NCBI GenBank assembly: GCA_041652815.1
Contig: JBAZGN010000002.1
Location: 174,261-238,260, forward strand
Direction of reading: 5' to 3'
DNA length: 64,000 nucleotides
Source: Candidatus Omnitrophota bacterium
GTDB taxonomy: Bacteria; Omnitrophota; Gorgyraeia; Duberdicusellales; 4484-171
In this document: one piece after another, positions 8,228 to 18,557 of the stretch
How positions within the stretch are numbered: position 1 is the first letter of the stretch
Layout of the letters: the number at the start of each line of letters is the position of its first letter
The notes under the pieces: generated by a model
Seen by the model: only the letters and a program-made list of their open reading frames with translations
Database searches by the model: none
What the model was told of the DNA's origin: nothing
Made by a program: the position numbers and the translations under genes

Positions 8228-10150
8228 ATGATTGCTCTACACGGCCTTACAAAAAGCTACGGCAAGCGGGATTTATTTAAAGATGCCTCTATAACTATAA
8301 ACAGAGGGGAAAAAATTGCCTTTATCGGCCCTAATGGTGCTGGAAAATCTACGCTTTTTCATATTATACTTGGGGCAAGCGAGGCAACTTCCGGTTCAAT
8401 CCAGTTCAATAAAAATATCCGTATCGGATATCTGCCTCAAGAGTCAAGTTTTCATTCTGAGCGCACAGTATTACAGGAAATAGTTGAGGGGGATTGTGAG
8501 ATAGCGCGGCTTAAAAAAGAAAAAGAAGCGCTTGAGGAAAATAATGAAACTGCAACTAAACATTACGGCGATATCGTGCACCGGCTTGAAGCGCTCGGAT
8601 TTTTTGAGCTTGAATATAAAGGTAAAATCGTATTAAGCGGGCTTGGTTTTAAAGAAAGAGATTTTAACCGCCCCATAAAAGAGCTAAGCGGCGGATGGCA
8701 GATGAGAGTTTTGCTTGGTAAACTTTTGGTCTGCCATTACGATTGCCTGCTTTTGGATGAACCTACAAACTACCTTGACTTAAATGCCGCGCTTTGGTTT
8801 AAGGATTATCTTACAAACTATAAAGGCACATTTGTGATGATTTCTCACGATAAAGCTTTTTTAAATGAAGTCACTGGTCACTCGCTTATTTTAGAAAATG
8901 GTAAAATTGCAAAAATAAAAGGTAACTATGAACAATACCGTAAAATTTTAGATGAACAACGCAGCCACTTAGTAAAACAGGCTAAAGAGCAGGAACGCGT
9001 CCGCGAGCAATACCAGCGTTTCATCGACCGTTTTCACGCCCAGCCTAACAAAGCTTCCCAGGTGCGGGCAAAGAAAAAAGTCCTCGAAAAAATGGAACTT
9101 GTCGTTGTGCCGCAAGACCGCCGCGAAAGCATAAGAGGTTTTCATTTCCCGCCTACCAGGCCAAGCGGCCACCGCGTCCTTACGCTTACGAATATTTCCA
9201 AATCTTACGGCGATATACAGGTCTATAAAAATATCGATTTTGAAATCGTAAAAGGCGAAAAAGCGGTTTTGGCAGGCGAAAACGGCGCAGGCAAATCCAC
9301 ACTTCTTAAAATCCTTGCCGGCGTAATCGATATTAATGAAGGTACCCAGACTGTCGGGCACAATGTCACAATCGGTTATTTTTCGCAAACGCGTATGGAT
9401 GTTTTAAACGCTGACAGCACTGTTTTGGAAGAGGCCTGCTACAGCGCTAAAGAAGGCGTAACCGCAGAGGCTGTGCGTACAATTCTCGGCGCTTTTTTAT
9501 TTAAGGGAGATGATGTAGAAAAAAAAGTAAAAGTGCTTTCCGGCGGTGAAAAAAGCCGGCTGATACTTGCAAAACTACTGATAAATCCGCCTAACCTACT
9601 TCTGCTTGATGAGCCGACTACACATCTTGATGTTGACGCGGTTGAGGCACTTATTAAAGCATTAACAGAATATGAAGGAACAATTGCATTTATCAGCCAT
9701 GATATTTATTTTGTAAAATCAGTTGCCAACAACGTTTTTGAAGTGAAAGACGGAAATATTACGAAATTCCCGGGAAATTTCGAATATTATCTTCATAAAA
9801 AAGAACAAGATAGAAAACAGCCATCAGCCATCAGCCATCAGCCATCAGATTTAGGAAGCACGGAAAAAGGGCGCAGGATGTGGAAACAAGAGGAAAAGAA
9901 AGAAAAAGAGTTGACTGAGGAAGAGATTAAGAAGCATAATGAGGTGATTTCGAATAAAATAAAAAAATTACGCAAAAAGAAAGAAAAACTCGAGCTTGAA
10001 CGCTACGCAAAAGCGCGCGTATTGGAAAACCCTCGTCACGGAGAAGATCTTATCCGCTATTATCAGGAGATAGTTGAAGGGATGGATAAAGAAATTGCCG
10101 CAATTGAAGGAGAAATCGGCAGGTGGAAAGAAAAATTTATAAATACATAG
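8228..10150 (+). CDS. ABC-F family ATPase (two ABC cassettes plus a C-terminal coiled-coil; Uup/EttA-like)
   Basis: Two Walker A motifs (GPNGAGKST, GENGAGKST) and two LSGG signatures. Start moved to the internal ATG because the ORF N-terminus lies inside repeat E2. Confidence 0.8.
   Translation: MIALHGLTKSYGKRDLFKDASITINRGEKIAFIGPNGAGKSTLFHIILGASEATSGSIQFNKNIRIGYLPQESSFHSERTVLQEIVEGDCEIARLKKEKEALEENNETATKHYGDIVHRLEALGFFELEYKGKIVLSGLGFKERDFNRPIKELSGGWQMRVLLGKLLVCHYDCLLLDEPTNYLDLNAALWFKDYLTNYKGTFVMISHDKAFLNEVTGHSLILENGKIAKIKGNYEQYRKILDEQRSHLVKQAKEQERVREQYQRFIDRFHAQPNKASQVRAKKKVLEKMELVVVPQDRRESIRGFHFPPTRPSGHRVLTLTNISKSYGDIQVYKNIDFEIVKGEKAVLAGENGAGKSTLLKILAGVIDINEGTQTVGHNVTIGYFSQTRMDVLNADSTVLEEACYSAKEGVTAEAVRTILGAFLFKGDDVEKKVKVLSGGEKSRLILAKLLINPPNLLLLDEPTTHLDVDAVEALIKALTEYEGTIAFISHDIYFVKSVANNVFEVKDGNITKFPGNFEYYLHKKEQDRKQPSAISHQPSDLGSTEKGRRMWKQEEKKEKELTEEEIKKHNEVISNKIKKLRKKKEKLELERYAKARVLENPRHGEDLIRYYQEIVEGMDKEIAAIEGEIGRWKEKFINT
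9818..9848 (+). repeat. In-frame heptamer microsatellite (CAGCCAT x about 4) inside the ABC-F coding sequence
   Basis: cagccatcagccatcagccatcagccatcag encodes PSAISHQPSD. Same unit as the family D arms. Confidence 0.8.
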
Positions 10151-10208
10151 TTTAGATAGCTGTTGTAATATTTTTAGCAACGGTAACGGCCAGGGCAATA
10201 TCGATGAG

Positions 10209-10352
10209 AATAAATAACCAAGATACAAGAAACAATAACCAAACAATAAACAATATTCAAATTCCAATAACCAAACAAAACTCAATCTTCCCGTTTGGTC
10301 ATTGGTCATTGGATATTGGAATTTGTTTGTATCTTGTATCTTGGTTATTGGT
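10209..10352. repeat. Family B inverted-repeat element, copy 1 (AATAACCAAGATACAAG...CTTGTATCTTGGTTATTGG)
   Basis: About 145 bp imperfect palindrome built from 7-mer units. Confidence 0.8.
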
Positions 10353-10399
10353 TATTTAATTGATATGTCAAACATAACTGTAACCTATGAAAGAATAGC

Positions 10400-11635
10400 A
10401 TGAATATATATTTATTAATAATTCTATCAATCATTGCAATCGAATATCTGCTTAACTTAATTGTCGAGCGGCTCAATGTAAAACACGCGTCAGGCGATTT
10501 GCCTTGTGAATTTGAAGGCTTTTATGACGCGCAAAAATATAAGCTTGCCCAGTTTTACCTGAAAGAAAATACGAATTTTCATCTTATAAAAGATACAATA
10601 TCCGTAATCATTACCCTCATTTTTATATTGGCAGGCGGCTTCAATTTTATTGATAATATCGCACGAAGTTTTAACCAAGGGCCCATTGTAACGGGCTTGA
10701 TATTTACGGGAATTCTTGGAATTGTCCTGCAGCTTTTAAGCATTCCTTTTTCCGCGTATCACACTTTTGTAATCGAGGCAAAATACGGCTTTAACAAAAC
10801 TACCTTAAAAACTTTTATTTCGGATATCATAAAAGGCCTTATCTTGACTATTATTATTGGCGCAATTGTTCTTTCGATAATTTTCTGGTTTTTTTACGCC
10901 GCAGGCTCTTTTGCCTGGATTTATTGCTGGATTGCCGTAACGCTTTTTCAGCTATTTTTACTTTTTATTGCGCCAGTTGTAATCATGCCTCTTTTTAATA
11001 AATACACACCGCTTGAAGATGGAGAATTAAAAAGCGCTATAGAAAATTACGCAAAAGAGCAGAAATTTGCTTTAGCCGGAGTTTTTAAAATGGATGCCTC
11101 AAAGCGCTCAACAAAATCAAACGCATTCTTTACCGGTTTTGGAAAATTTAGAAGGATTGCGCTTTTTGATACTCTTATACAAAAGCACACAACAGACGAA
11201 CTTGTATCTGTGCTTGCTCACGAAATAGGCCATTACAAAAAGAAGCATTTTATAAAAGGAATTATCCTCTCGGTTATTACAACCGGCATTATGTTCTTTA
11301 TCCTTTCTTTTTTTATAAACAATAAAGGATTGTTTGATGCGTTTAAAATGCAAAACCTTTCCATATACGCAAGTTTAATTTTCTTTGGCTTTCTTTACAG
11401 CCCGATAAATTTATTTATTTCGATATTCTCCAACATAATTTCAAGAAAACACGAATACGAAGCAGACGACTTTGCAGTTAAAACTTACAACAAACCAGAA
11501 AGTTTCATAACCGCACTTAAAAAACTGACCGTCGATAATCTTTCTAACCTCACCCCGCACCCTTTAAAAGTTTTTCTCGATTATAGCCACCCGCCGGTTT
11601 TAAAAAGGATAGAAGCGATTAGGGAACGGGTTTAG
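10400..11635 (+). CDS. M48-family zinc metalloprotease (Ste24/HtpX-like), integral membrane
   Basis: HEIGH zinc motif with multiple TM segments, 411 aa. Confidence 0.75.
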   Translation: MNIYLLIILSIIAIEYLLNLIVERLNVKHASGDLPCEFEGFYDAQKYKLAQFYLKENTNFHLIKDTISVIITLIFILAGGFNFIDNIARSFNQGPIVTGLIFTGILGIVLQLLSIPFSAYHTFVIEAKYGFNKTTLKTFISDIIKGLILTIIIGAIVLSIIFWFFYAAGSFAWIYCWIAVTLFQLFLLFIAPVVIMPLFNKYTPLEDGELKSAIENYAKEQKFALAGVFKMDASKRSTKSNAFFTGFGKFRRIALFDTLIQKHTTDELVSVLAHEIGHYKKKHFIKGIILSVITTGIMFFILSFFINNKGLFDAFKMQNLSIYASLIFFGFLYSPINLFISIFSNIISRKHEYEADDFAVKTYNKPESFITALKKLTVDNLSNLTPHPLKVFLDYSHPPVLKRIEAIRERV

Positions 11636-11727
11636 GTTAAGGTTAAGAGTAAAGAATTCCTTCCGCTAACGGCATATTCTTATCAATAAATTTGAATTTT
11701 TAATAAATAAAAGTATAATGTTTTATA

Positions 11728-14613
11728 ATGCTTTATCTTAAATATTTTGGGTTTTTTACCCGCAGTATTTTTTTACTGCTATTTATTTTTGCCGCGCCCT
11801 TTATCGTTTTCGCCCAAACTAGCCCCAATTATGATGAGGCTAAAAAGCTAGCTGGGCAGATTGGCACAAGTCCTACAGGCTGGATCCCGCCCGATAGCGA
11901 CGATACAATTATCAGAATTCCCGGGGATGGGAGTACCGACGACCAATACGGCCTCAAGTACGATGGCGCAGGCGCCGGGAAAAAACTTATTACCAGGTCA
12001 GCAGCTTATCAATCCCGCTGGATAGATACCAGTTCCAGTAAAAAATTCGCCGGGCAAACCTATACAATTTATGGAGATGCCGACAAAAGAGCGGATTGGG
12101 TTACTACCGGCAATGATATGACTAACTTTGTTACCGACCACAAAGGATCTCTAACCGGTGTGGATATTATTAAGCTTATTGAGCGCGGTTTGGGTATGAA
12201 TAATACCGGGACGCATGACGTGGTTATAGAATACGGGATATCCCCCGACGATGATGGTAAATACGGTAATAGTTTATTGCGCCCTACGCGTAATCCCGAT
12301 ATAGAAACGTATTCGCATGACGCCAGTAAATATGGTACTAATGCTTCTTTTTCGGCAAAGCCTGCTGCAATGACTGATGCTACTTGGGAAAATTATATAG
12401 GCGATGGTACCGCAGCCAAGCCTGGATATTACGCGACTTGGTTTAAGGATGCTATTACCAATAACACCTTTCCCTGGACGCAAACCGGTTATACCTTTTT
12501 TTGGGGTAACGGTAGCAGTGACTACACAAAAATAAAAGGAATGAGCGAGTTTATTGTTTTGGGCGGGACAAATGTTACTATTGAGGGTATTTATCCGACC
12601 CAGTCCTACGCTTTTACCAGAAACGACGGCACCAATCTTAGTACTGCTGCGGGTTCACAATACGGAAATGGTTTTGCCAGTTTTCAGGTTGATGCCCCCT
12701 GCGATAGTATATGGGCAGGGCATCGTTTTCAGAGCAAGGTAAAAACAGATTTGACAAACAATAATGATATAATCATTGACAGCACCGGAAAAATTTCCGG
12801 CGGCCAGGGAATTTTAGTCTGGTCATTAAACTATGACATAGATAATAGCGGAGAAATCAGCGGCGAGACCTCTAACAAATGGGGCCTTACTAATACCTCA
12901 AACATCGCAATTCTTTTTAAAGGTATTACTGATGCGGAATCCGGAAGCAGCGTGCCGGTACCGTCAACCGGAAATAATACGGTTACTAATACCGGAATCA
13001 TCTCAAGCCCGGGCATTGCCATTAAAGCTGAAAAAGGAGTTACAGATATTACTAATGATGTGGGTGGGTTAATCTCAGGAGATAGTTATGCAATTTTAAC
13101 TTCAACCTTAGCCTCCAGCGACGATACTGTTACTTTAACTGGCGGAACAATAACCGGCAGTATAGACCTGGGCGACGGCGCAGATACGCTTAATTTAACC
13201 GGAGCAAACGGCAATGTTACGCTTAATTTCTCACTTGATAGAGATACATCTACCTCTGCGCAGCTTGTAAATGTTGAGACGGTTAATATTACTGATGATA
13301 AAGCCACTTTAGGCGTAACCCTTTTACCCGGAGTAAAAAATGTCCGTGATAACGAAAGTTTTCTTATTATCAGCGCAACAACCCTTAATGCTACTGCTTC
13401 TAAGATTGCCGTTTATGAAAATACTTCTCTTCCAATGGTTAGTTTCGCTCCGCAAAAAACTGATAACAACCTTTATCTTATAGCCAGCCGCGACAATTCT
13501 TATTACGCGCAAAATAGCGGTAATAGTTCTTTGGGTAATACTCTTGATAGCCTTGCTAATACCGCCGGCGGCGATATGTCAGCAATAATCGGCGCGCTTG
13601 ATGCATCAGGCAGCGCTTCTAATGCTACCCAGCTTGAGCCGAGCGTAGACAATGCAATGAATGAAGCCGGATATGCAACACAGGAGCAATTTATAAATAC
13701 GATAATAAACCGTATCGGCAATTTCTTAACTGCAGCGGTAAATAATGGAGCTACCGGAGTCTCTACGGGTGATGAAACTCAAAAAGCTTCGGGCGTATGG
13801 CTGGAAGGTTTTGATACTTATTTACATCAAGGCCCACGCGGCACAAGTAACGGCTATAATGCAAATGTGTGGGGCACTTCCTTAGGCTACGATAGAGCCG
13901 TCCTTGACAATTTTATTATCGGCCTAAACGCAGGCTTTGCCAAAGATAACATCAGGTCAAAAGATAACAGCACGCGCACGGATGTTGACAGCTACCAGTT
14001 TGGTATGTATGGAAATTACGCTAAAGACGCTCTTTACCTGGACGGTATTTTTTCTTTTGCTTACAACCAATATGATTCATCGCGCCACATAATGCTTAAT
14101 TCAATTGACCGCAGGCCAACAAGCGATTACGGCGGCCAGCAATATTCAACTTATTTTGAGGGCGGATATGCTTTCAAAAACAAAGGTTTCGAAATCACAC
14201 CGCTTGCCTCACTGCAATATATGCACCTGCACGTAAACGGCTATACGGAAAAAGATGCCGATGACGCAAATCTTACCGTAGACGCCCAGGATTACGATTT
14301 ATTACAATCAGGTATTGGTGGAAAATTAGCTTATCCGATGGCAATTAACAATTGCACTTTTATTCCTGAATTTCATGCAAAATGGCTTTATGAATTTTTG
14401 GGCGAAGCCCAACAGGCAACCTCAACTTTTACCGGCGGCGGAGCGTCATTTGCGACAAGCGGATTTAGCCCGGCACAAAGCAGCTATAACCTCGGACTAA
14501 AATTTACCCTGCTTGCCAGACAAAATATCAGCCTTTCGTTCGGCTACGACTTTGAAGGAAAATCAGACTTCTACAGCCATTCCGGCGCAATAAACCTACG
14601 TTACGATTTTTAA
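11728..14613 (+). CDS. Autotransporter-type outer-membrane protein with a large passenger domain
   Basis: 961 aa. Signal peptide, a Gly/Thr/Asn-rich repetitive passenger, and a C-terminal beta-barrel-like domain ending in ...RYDF (terminal aromatic). Confidence 0.65.
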   Translation: MLYLKYFGFFTRSIFLLLFIFAAPFIVFAQTSPNYDEAKKLAGQIGTSPTGWIPPDSDDTIIRIPGDGSTDDQYGLKYDGAGAGKKLITRSAAYQSRWIDTSSSKKFAGQTYTIYGDADKRADWVTTGNDMTNFVTDHKGSLTGVDIIKLIERGLGMNNTGTHDVVIEYGISPDDDGKYGNSLLRPTRNPDIETYSHDASKYGTNASFSAKPAAMTDATWENYIGDGTAAKPGYYATWFKDAITNNTFPWTQTGYTFFWGNGSSDYTKIKGMSEFIVLGGTNVTIEGIYPTQSYAFTRNDGTNLSTAAGSQYGNGFASFQVDAPCDSIWAGHRFQSKVKTDLTNNNDIIIDSTGKISGGQGILVWSLNYDIDNSGEISGETSNKWGLTNTSNIAILFKGITDAESGSSVPVPSTGNNTVTNTGIISSPGIAIKAEKGVTDITNDVGGLISGDSYAILTSTLASSDDTVTLTGGTITGSIDLGDGADTLNLTGANGNVTLNFSLDRDTSTSAQLVNVETVNITDDKATLGVTLLPGVKNVRDNESFLIISATTLNATASKIAVYENTSLPMVSFAPQKTDNNLYLIASRDNSYYAQNSGNSSLGNTLDSLANTAGGDMSAIIGALDASGSASNATQLEPSVDNAMNEAGYATQEQFINTIINRIGNFLTAAVNNGATGVSTGDETQKASGVWLEGFDTYLHQGPRGTSNGYNANVWGTSLGYDRAVLDNFIIGLNAGFAKDNIRSKDNSTRTDVDSYQFGMYGNYAKDALYLDGIFSFAYNQYDSSRHIMLNSIDRRPTSDYGGQQYSTYFEGGYAFKNKGFEITPLASLQYMHLHVNGYTEKDADDANLTVDAQDYDLLQSGIGGKLAYPMAINNCTFIPEFHAKWLYEFLGEAQQATSTFTGGGASFATSGFSPAQSSYNLGLKFTLLARQNISLSFGYDFEGKSDFYSHSGAINLRYDF

Positions 14614-15467
14614 TGTTAAGGCAGATTAAATTCCAAATATACCCCTTCATTTTATTAGCCCTGCCGTTATTATCCGGCTGCATTACAGTTGCAACATCAG
14701 GCGATAAAGGTATCACTTATTACAAAATAGCCAAATCAGCTAAATTTGAAAAAGCACACCTCAAAACAAAATATTTTACGCTGACAACTTTTTATCATTT
14801 TGCAAAGCCGGGAGAACCTGTAAATATTTACATTGAGGGTGATGGCAATGCCTGGATTTTGCGCACTCGCCTGTCGAACAATCCAACGCCAAGAAATCCT
14901 TTGGCCTTACAACTTGCAAGTATAGATGAAAGCGCAAATGTTGCTTACCTTGCGCGCCCAGGTCAATACATTGAAGAAAAATCTTTAAAGGTCGACCCTT
15001 GTTATTGGTCGGATAAACGTTTTTCGCAAGAAGTGATAACATCTATGAGTGAAGCTGTAAGCCAGCTTGCTGATTTAATTAAAACAAATAAGATTAATTT
15101 AATCGGTTATTCCGGCGGAGGAGCAGTAGCGGTTTTGATTGCCGCGCAAAGAAACGATATTGTATCTTTGCGCACTATTGCAGGGAATTTAGATACAGAG
15201 GCAGTAAGCAAATACCATAACGTAAGCAAGCTTTCCGGCTCGCTTAATCCCATTGATTTTGCGAAAAATTTAAAAGATTTACCTCAACGCCATTTTATCG
15301 GCTCAAAAGATACTGTTGTGCCTCCTTCTATCGCCGAATCTTTTGTTAAACGTATGGGCGATAAAGATTATTCCCGCATAACAGAAGTTACCGGTACAAC
15401 TCACTCAAAAGGCTGGATTAAGCACTGGAAAGAATTATTCTCTTATCCAATAAGCCAGCCAGATTGA
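14613..15467 (+). CDS. Alpha/beta-hydrolase-fold lipoprotein (putative esterase/lipase)
   Basis: Lipoprotein-like signal (LLSGC). GYSGG nucleophile elbow (GxSxG). Start overlaps the autotransporter stop. Confidence 0.5.
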   Translation: MLRQIKFQIYPFILLALPLLSGCITVATSGDKGITYYKIAKSAKFEKAHLKTKYFTLTTFYHFAKPGEPVNIYIEGDGNAWILRTRLSNNPTPRNPLALQLASIDESANVAYLARPGQYIEEKSLKVDPCYWSDKRFSQEVITSMSEAVSQLADLIKTNKINLIGYSGGGAVAVLIAAQRNDIVSLRTIAGNLDTEAVSKYHNVSKLSGSLNPIDFAKNLKDLPQRHFIGSKDTVVPPSIAESFVKRMGDKDYSRITEVTGTTHSKGWIKHWKELFSYPISQPD

Positions 15468-15557
15468 AAATCTTCGATATCGCACAAAAATTCATTATGA
15501 TTTTGGTATTGATATGAAGAAATTTATAGATATAATTAATTCATAACCGTTTTAAAT

Positions 15558-15980
15558 ATGAAAAACTTGCCTTCTTGCTTACGCTGGGGATTTGAATGGA
15601 GGAGTAAACTAACCTTATTCGGCTTGCCGTTAGTTCACATTGCGTTAGGTTTAAACAGCAACACAGGAAAATTACTTATCGCAAAAGGCATAATCGCTAT
15701 AGGCATTTTTGGTATTGGGGTAATTTCGATAACCATGGTTGGAATGGGGGTGATTGCCTTAGGGCAGTTTTCTCTGGGTATAATTGCAATTGCCCAATTT
15801 GCCATAGGCATTCTTTTCGGGCTTGGACAGTTTGCAACCGGACTAACCGCCATCGGCCAATTTGCTTTTGGCAAATACGTCCTTGCGCAATTTGGTTATG
15901 GAAAATATGTCTTATCGAGCACAATAAAAGATATACGGGCTTTAGAATATTTTAAAAATATTTTCTCGATGAAATTTTAA
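15558..15980 (+). CDS. Small membrane protein with tandem 11-residue Gly-Gln-Phe repeats
   Basis: Repeats read (A/L)IGQFAxG... at 33-nt DNA period. Hydrophobic throughout. Confidence 0.4.
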   Translation: MKNLPSCLRWGFEWRSKLTLFGLPLVHIALGLNSNTGKLLIAKGIIAIGIFGIGVISITMVGMGVIALGQFSLGIIAIAQFAIGILFGLGQFATGLTAIGQFAFGKYVLAQFGYGKYVLSSTIKDIRALEYFKNIFSMKF

Positions 15981-15998
15981 AATAATAATGGAGACAAG

Positions 15999-16529
15999 AT
16001 GAAAAAAATATTCTTTTTGGCTGTAATGTTTTCGCTTCTACCGCTAATTTCTTTTTCTAATGACAAGCCAATTGGTTTAAAAGCTCCGGATTTTATAGTG
16101 AGGTCAGGAGATAATAAAGAATTAAGCCTTTCCGATATAAAAGGCAAAGTTATAACCATATTTTATGAAACCAAAAATGAAATAGAAAAAAACCGTAAGC
16201 TAAAAACCGAATTAAATAAATTCTACGAAGAGCAACCAGAAGCAGTAAAGGAAGGTGTTTATAGGCTCGCAATTGTAAATTGCAATGGTGTGATTTTTTC
16301 CGGTGCCTGGAAGAGTGCACTTCGCGAAAATTCTGAAAAAGAAGGTATTACTATATATGGTGATTGGTCCGGCAAAATGGCTTCAGCCTATAAGGCTAAG
16401 AACAATAGCAGCAACTTTATCATTATCGATAAGCACGGCGTAATCCGTTATTATGCTTGCGGAATTGTAAATGACAAAGAGATTAATAAAATCAAAGATT
16501 TGCTGAAAAAACTTATTAAAGAAAAATAG
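15999..16529 (+). CDS. Secreted thioredoxin-fold/redoxin-like protein with no obvious catalytic Cys
   Basis: Signal peptide. Weak AhpC/TlpA-like pattern (GKVITIFY) but no CxxC. Confidence 0.3.
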   Translation: MKKIFFLAVMFSLLPLISFSNDKPIGLKAPDFIVRSGDNKELSLSDIKGKVITIFYETKNEIEKNRKLKTELNKFYEEQPEAVKEGVYRLAIVNCNGVIFSGAWKSALRENSEKEGITIYGDWSGKMASAYKAKNNSSNFIIIDKHGVIRYYACGIVNDKEINKIKDLLKKLIKEK

Positions 16530-16645
16530 AAAAATCCTTGGTAATTTGGGCAATCGGCATTTATTTTGCCTATTCTTTACCTAAGCCGATGTCGATTGGG
16601 TAATATTTTTGCGAGATGGGATTTGGTAGATAAGAGGAGAAACAA

Positions 16646-17137
16646 GTGAGCAAAAAGTTTTTTCTAATCATAAACGTAATGATTTTTTTATTCATAGGCA
16701 ATATGGGTTTTCCCTTGCCGGCACAGGAAAATAACGATCCCTTTGAAGTAAAACCGGAAAGCAACAGGCCTAATTGCGATAAAGAGTATCGGTTTAAATA
16801 TGGAGTTAAGATTAACTCAGCAGATGAATTTATCGGTTTTTTAAAAGCGCACCAGTCAGAAAGAGACCTTTATGATTTTCAGCCCACGCAGGAATTTCTT
16901 TTACCTCGTTATACGTTGGAGGCGAAAAAAAACAAAGATACGGAAAACAGTATTAATCTCGATAACCTGGAAGCAAAAGTTGAAACTATAGATTTACAGC
17001 ATTCAAAACTTTCCAATAAAAAAATTTTCATTCTCAGAGTGTGGTTTAAGGATTTCAAAGAAAATTATCCCTGGCAAATTTTAATTAAAGCTAGTGACAA
17101 CGGCTACTTTTCAGTAAAATTCTGCGCAGGAATATAA
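16646..17137 (+). CDS. Secreted hypothetical protein
   Basis: Signal peptide and a good RBS (AGGAGA). No recognisable domain. Confidence 0.4.
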   Translation: MSKKFFLIINVMIFLFIGNMGFPLPAQENNDPFEVKPESNRPNCDKEYRFKYGVKINSADEFIGFLKAHQSERDLYDFQPTQEFLLPRYTLEAKKNKDTENSINLDNLEAKVETIDLQHSKLSNKKIFILRVWFKDFKENYPWQILIKASDNGYFSVKFCAGI

Positions 17138-17248
17138 TTATTTTTTCCTGCAAATATAAGCTAAGCCATATCCCATAGTTGGCATCCTGTCGAGAGTTGT
17201 AATTTTCTCCCCATAGCAGTAAAATACTATTTTTAAAAAGGAACTAAT

Positions 17249-18514
17249 ATGAAGAAACGTTTACGAGAACAAAGAGCCATATTTTATAGTGTTTTTAGAT
17301 GGGTAATCCTGGCAACTTTTATCGGTATTATTGTTGGGGTAGCTACAGCTATTTTTTTAACAGCATTGAATAAAACTACCCTTATGGTAAGGCAGAATAC
17401 CCGTTATTTTTTCTTGCTTCCCTGTGCACTTTTTTTAAGCTGGTTTATCATAAAGAAATTTGCGCCCGATGCCAAAGGCCATGGTACGGAAAAGGTTATA
17501 GAGGCTATACATAAAAGAGCAGGCGTTATAAAACTTGCCGTTGTTCCAATTAAACTTATAGCTACTGTTATTACCATAGCATTTGGCGGTTCCGCCGGCA
17601 AAGAGGGCCCTTGTGCGCAGATAGGCGCAGGCCTCGCATCATTCTTTAGCAGAATTTTTAAATTCGATGATTACGACCGTAAAAAACTGGTAATTTGCGG
17701 TATCAGCGCAGGATTTGCTTCTGTATTCGGAACGCCTATAGCCGGCGCAATCTTCGGAGTAGAGGTTCTTTTCATCGGCAGTATCCTGTATGATGTTATT
17801 TTACCGTCATTTATTGCCGGTATAATCAGCTACAATGTTTCTGTCGCCTTTGGAATTAAGTATTTTACTTATCCTATCGAGCTTATACCGGCATTTGGAA
17901 AAACTATTTTTGTAGAAGTCATTTTGTCCGGAGTATTCTTTGGGCTTTGTGCATTTTTTCTTATTGAGATGCTTTCTTTTGGCAAGTATATTGCTTCCAG
18001 GATAAGATTAAAAGAATGGCTTAAAAGCATCATAGGAGGCTTACTTCTTATCGTGATAGCGTTATCATTTTCAGATAAGTATCTTGGTTTAGGAATTAAT
18101 ACGATTGAATCTTCGCTTAAAGGGGCCATGGAGCCATGGTATGCTTTTATTCTTAAAACAATAACAACCAGCATTACTTTAAATTTTGGCGGGAGCGGGG
18201 GGGTAGTAACACCGATATTTTTTATAGGCGCTACCGCGGGCTTGCTTTTTGCAAAAATATTTAGTTTAAACACAATACTTTTTGCTTCAATCGGATTAGT
18301 GGCAGTTCTTGCGGGTGCGGCAAATACACCGATTGCCGCAAGCATTATGGCTATAGAATTATTCGGTCCGCAAATCGCTCCTTATGCGGCTATTGCCTGC
18401 GTAATAAGTTTTTTTATTACCGGCCATCGCAGCGTCTACCCCTCGCAGGTATTAGGAATAAGAAAGTCACGCTATTTAAACATTAAACTGGGGCAGGAAG
18501 TGGAAAAGTCGTAG
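17249..18514 (+). CDS. ClC-family chloride channel / Cl-/H+ antiporter
   Basis: GKEGP and GxFxP (GVVTPIFF) ClC signature motifs. 421 aa, multi-TM. Confidence 0.8.
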   Translation: MKKRLREQRAIFYSVFRWVILATFIGIIVGVATAIFLTALNKTTLMVRQNTRYFFLLPCALFLSWFIIKKFAPDAKGHGTEKVIEAIHKRAGVIKLAVVPIKLIATVITIAFGGSAGKEGPCAQIGAGLASFFSRIFKFDDYDRKKLVICGISAGFASVFGTPIAGAIFGVEVLFIGSILYDVILPSFIAGIISYNVSVAFGIKYFTYPIELIPAFGKTIFVEVILSGVFFGLCAFFLIEMLSFGKYIASRIRLKEWLKSIIGGLLLIVIALSFSDKYLGLGINTIESSLKGAMEPWYAFILKTITTSITLNFGGSGGVVTPIFFIGATAGLLFAKIFSLNTILFASIGLVAVLAGAANTPIAASIMAIELFGPQIAPYAAIACVISFFITGHRSVYPSQVLGIRKSRYLNIKLGQEVEKS

Positions 18515-18557
18515 CTATCGTATCGGAAATTAGGGTAAATATATAACTAAATAAAAC

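Noticed and set aside
15635-15924. Minus-strand ORFs 15635..15874 and 15697..15924
   Set aside because: Produced by the 33-nt tandem periodicity of the + strand GQF-repeat gene. No independent signals.
17138-17248. Possible fluoride (crcB) riboswitch upstream of the ClC gene
   Set aside because: No GGCGATGG...CTGATGA...CCTAC-type conserved motif. The ClC protein has GKEGP, the chloride-type gating glutamate, rather than CLC-F features.
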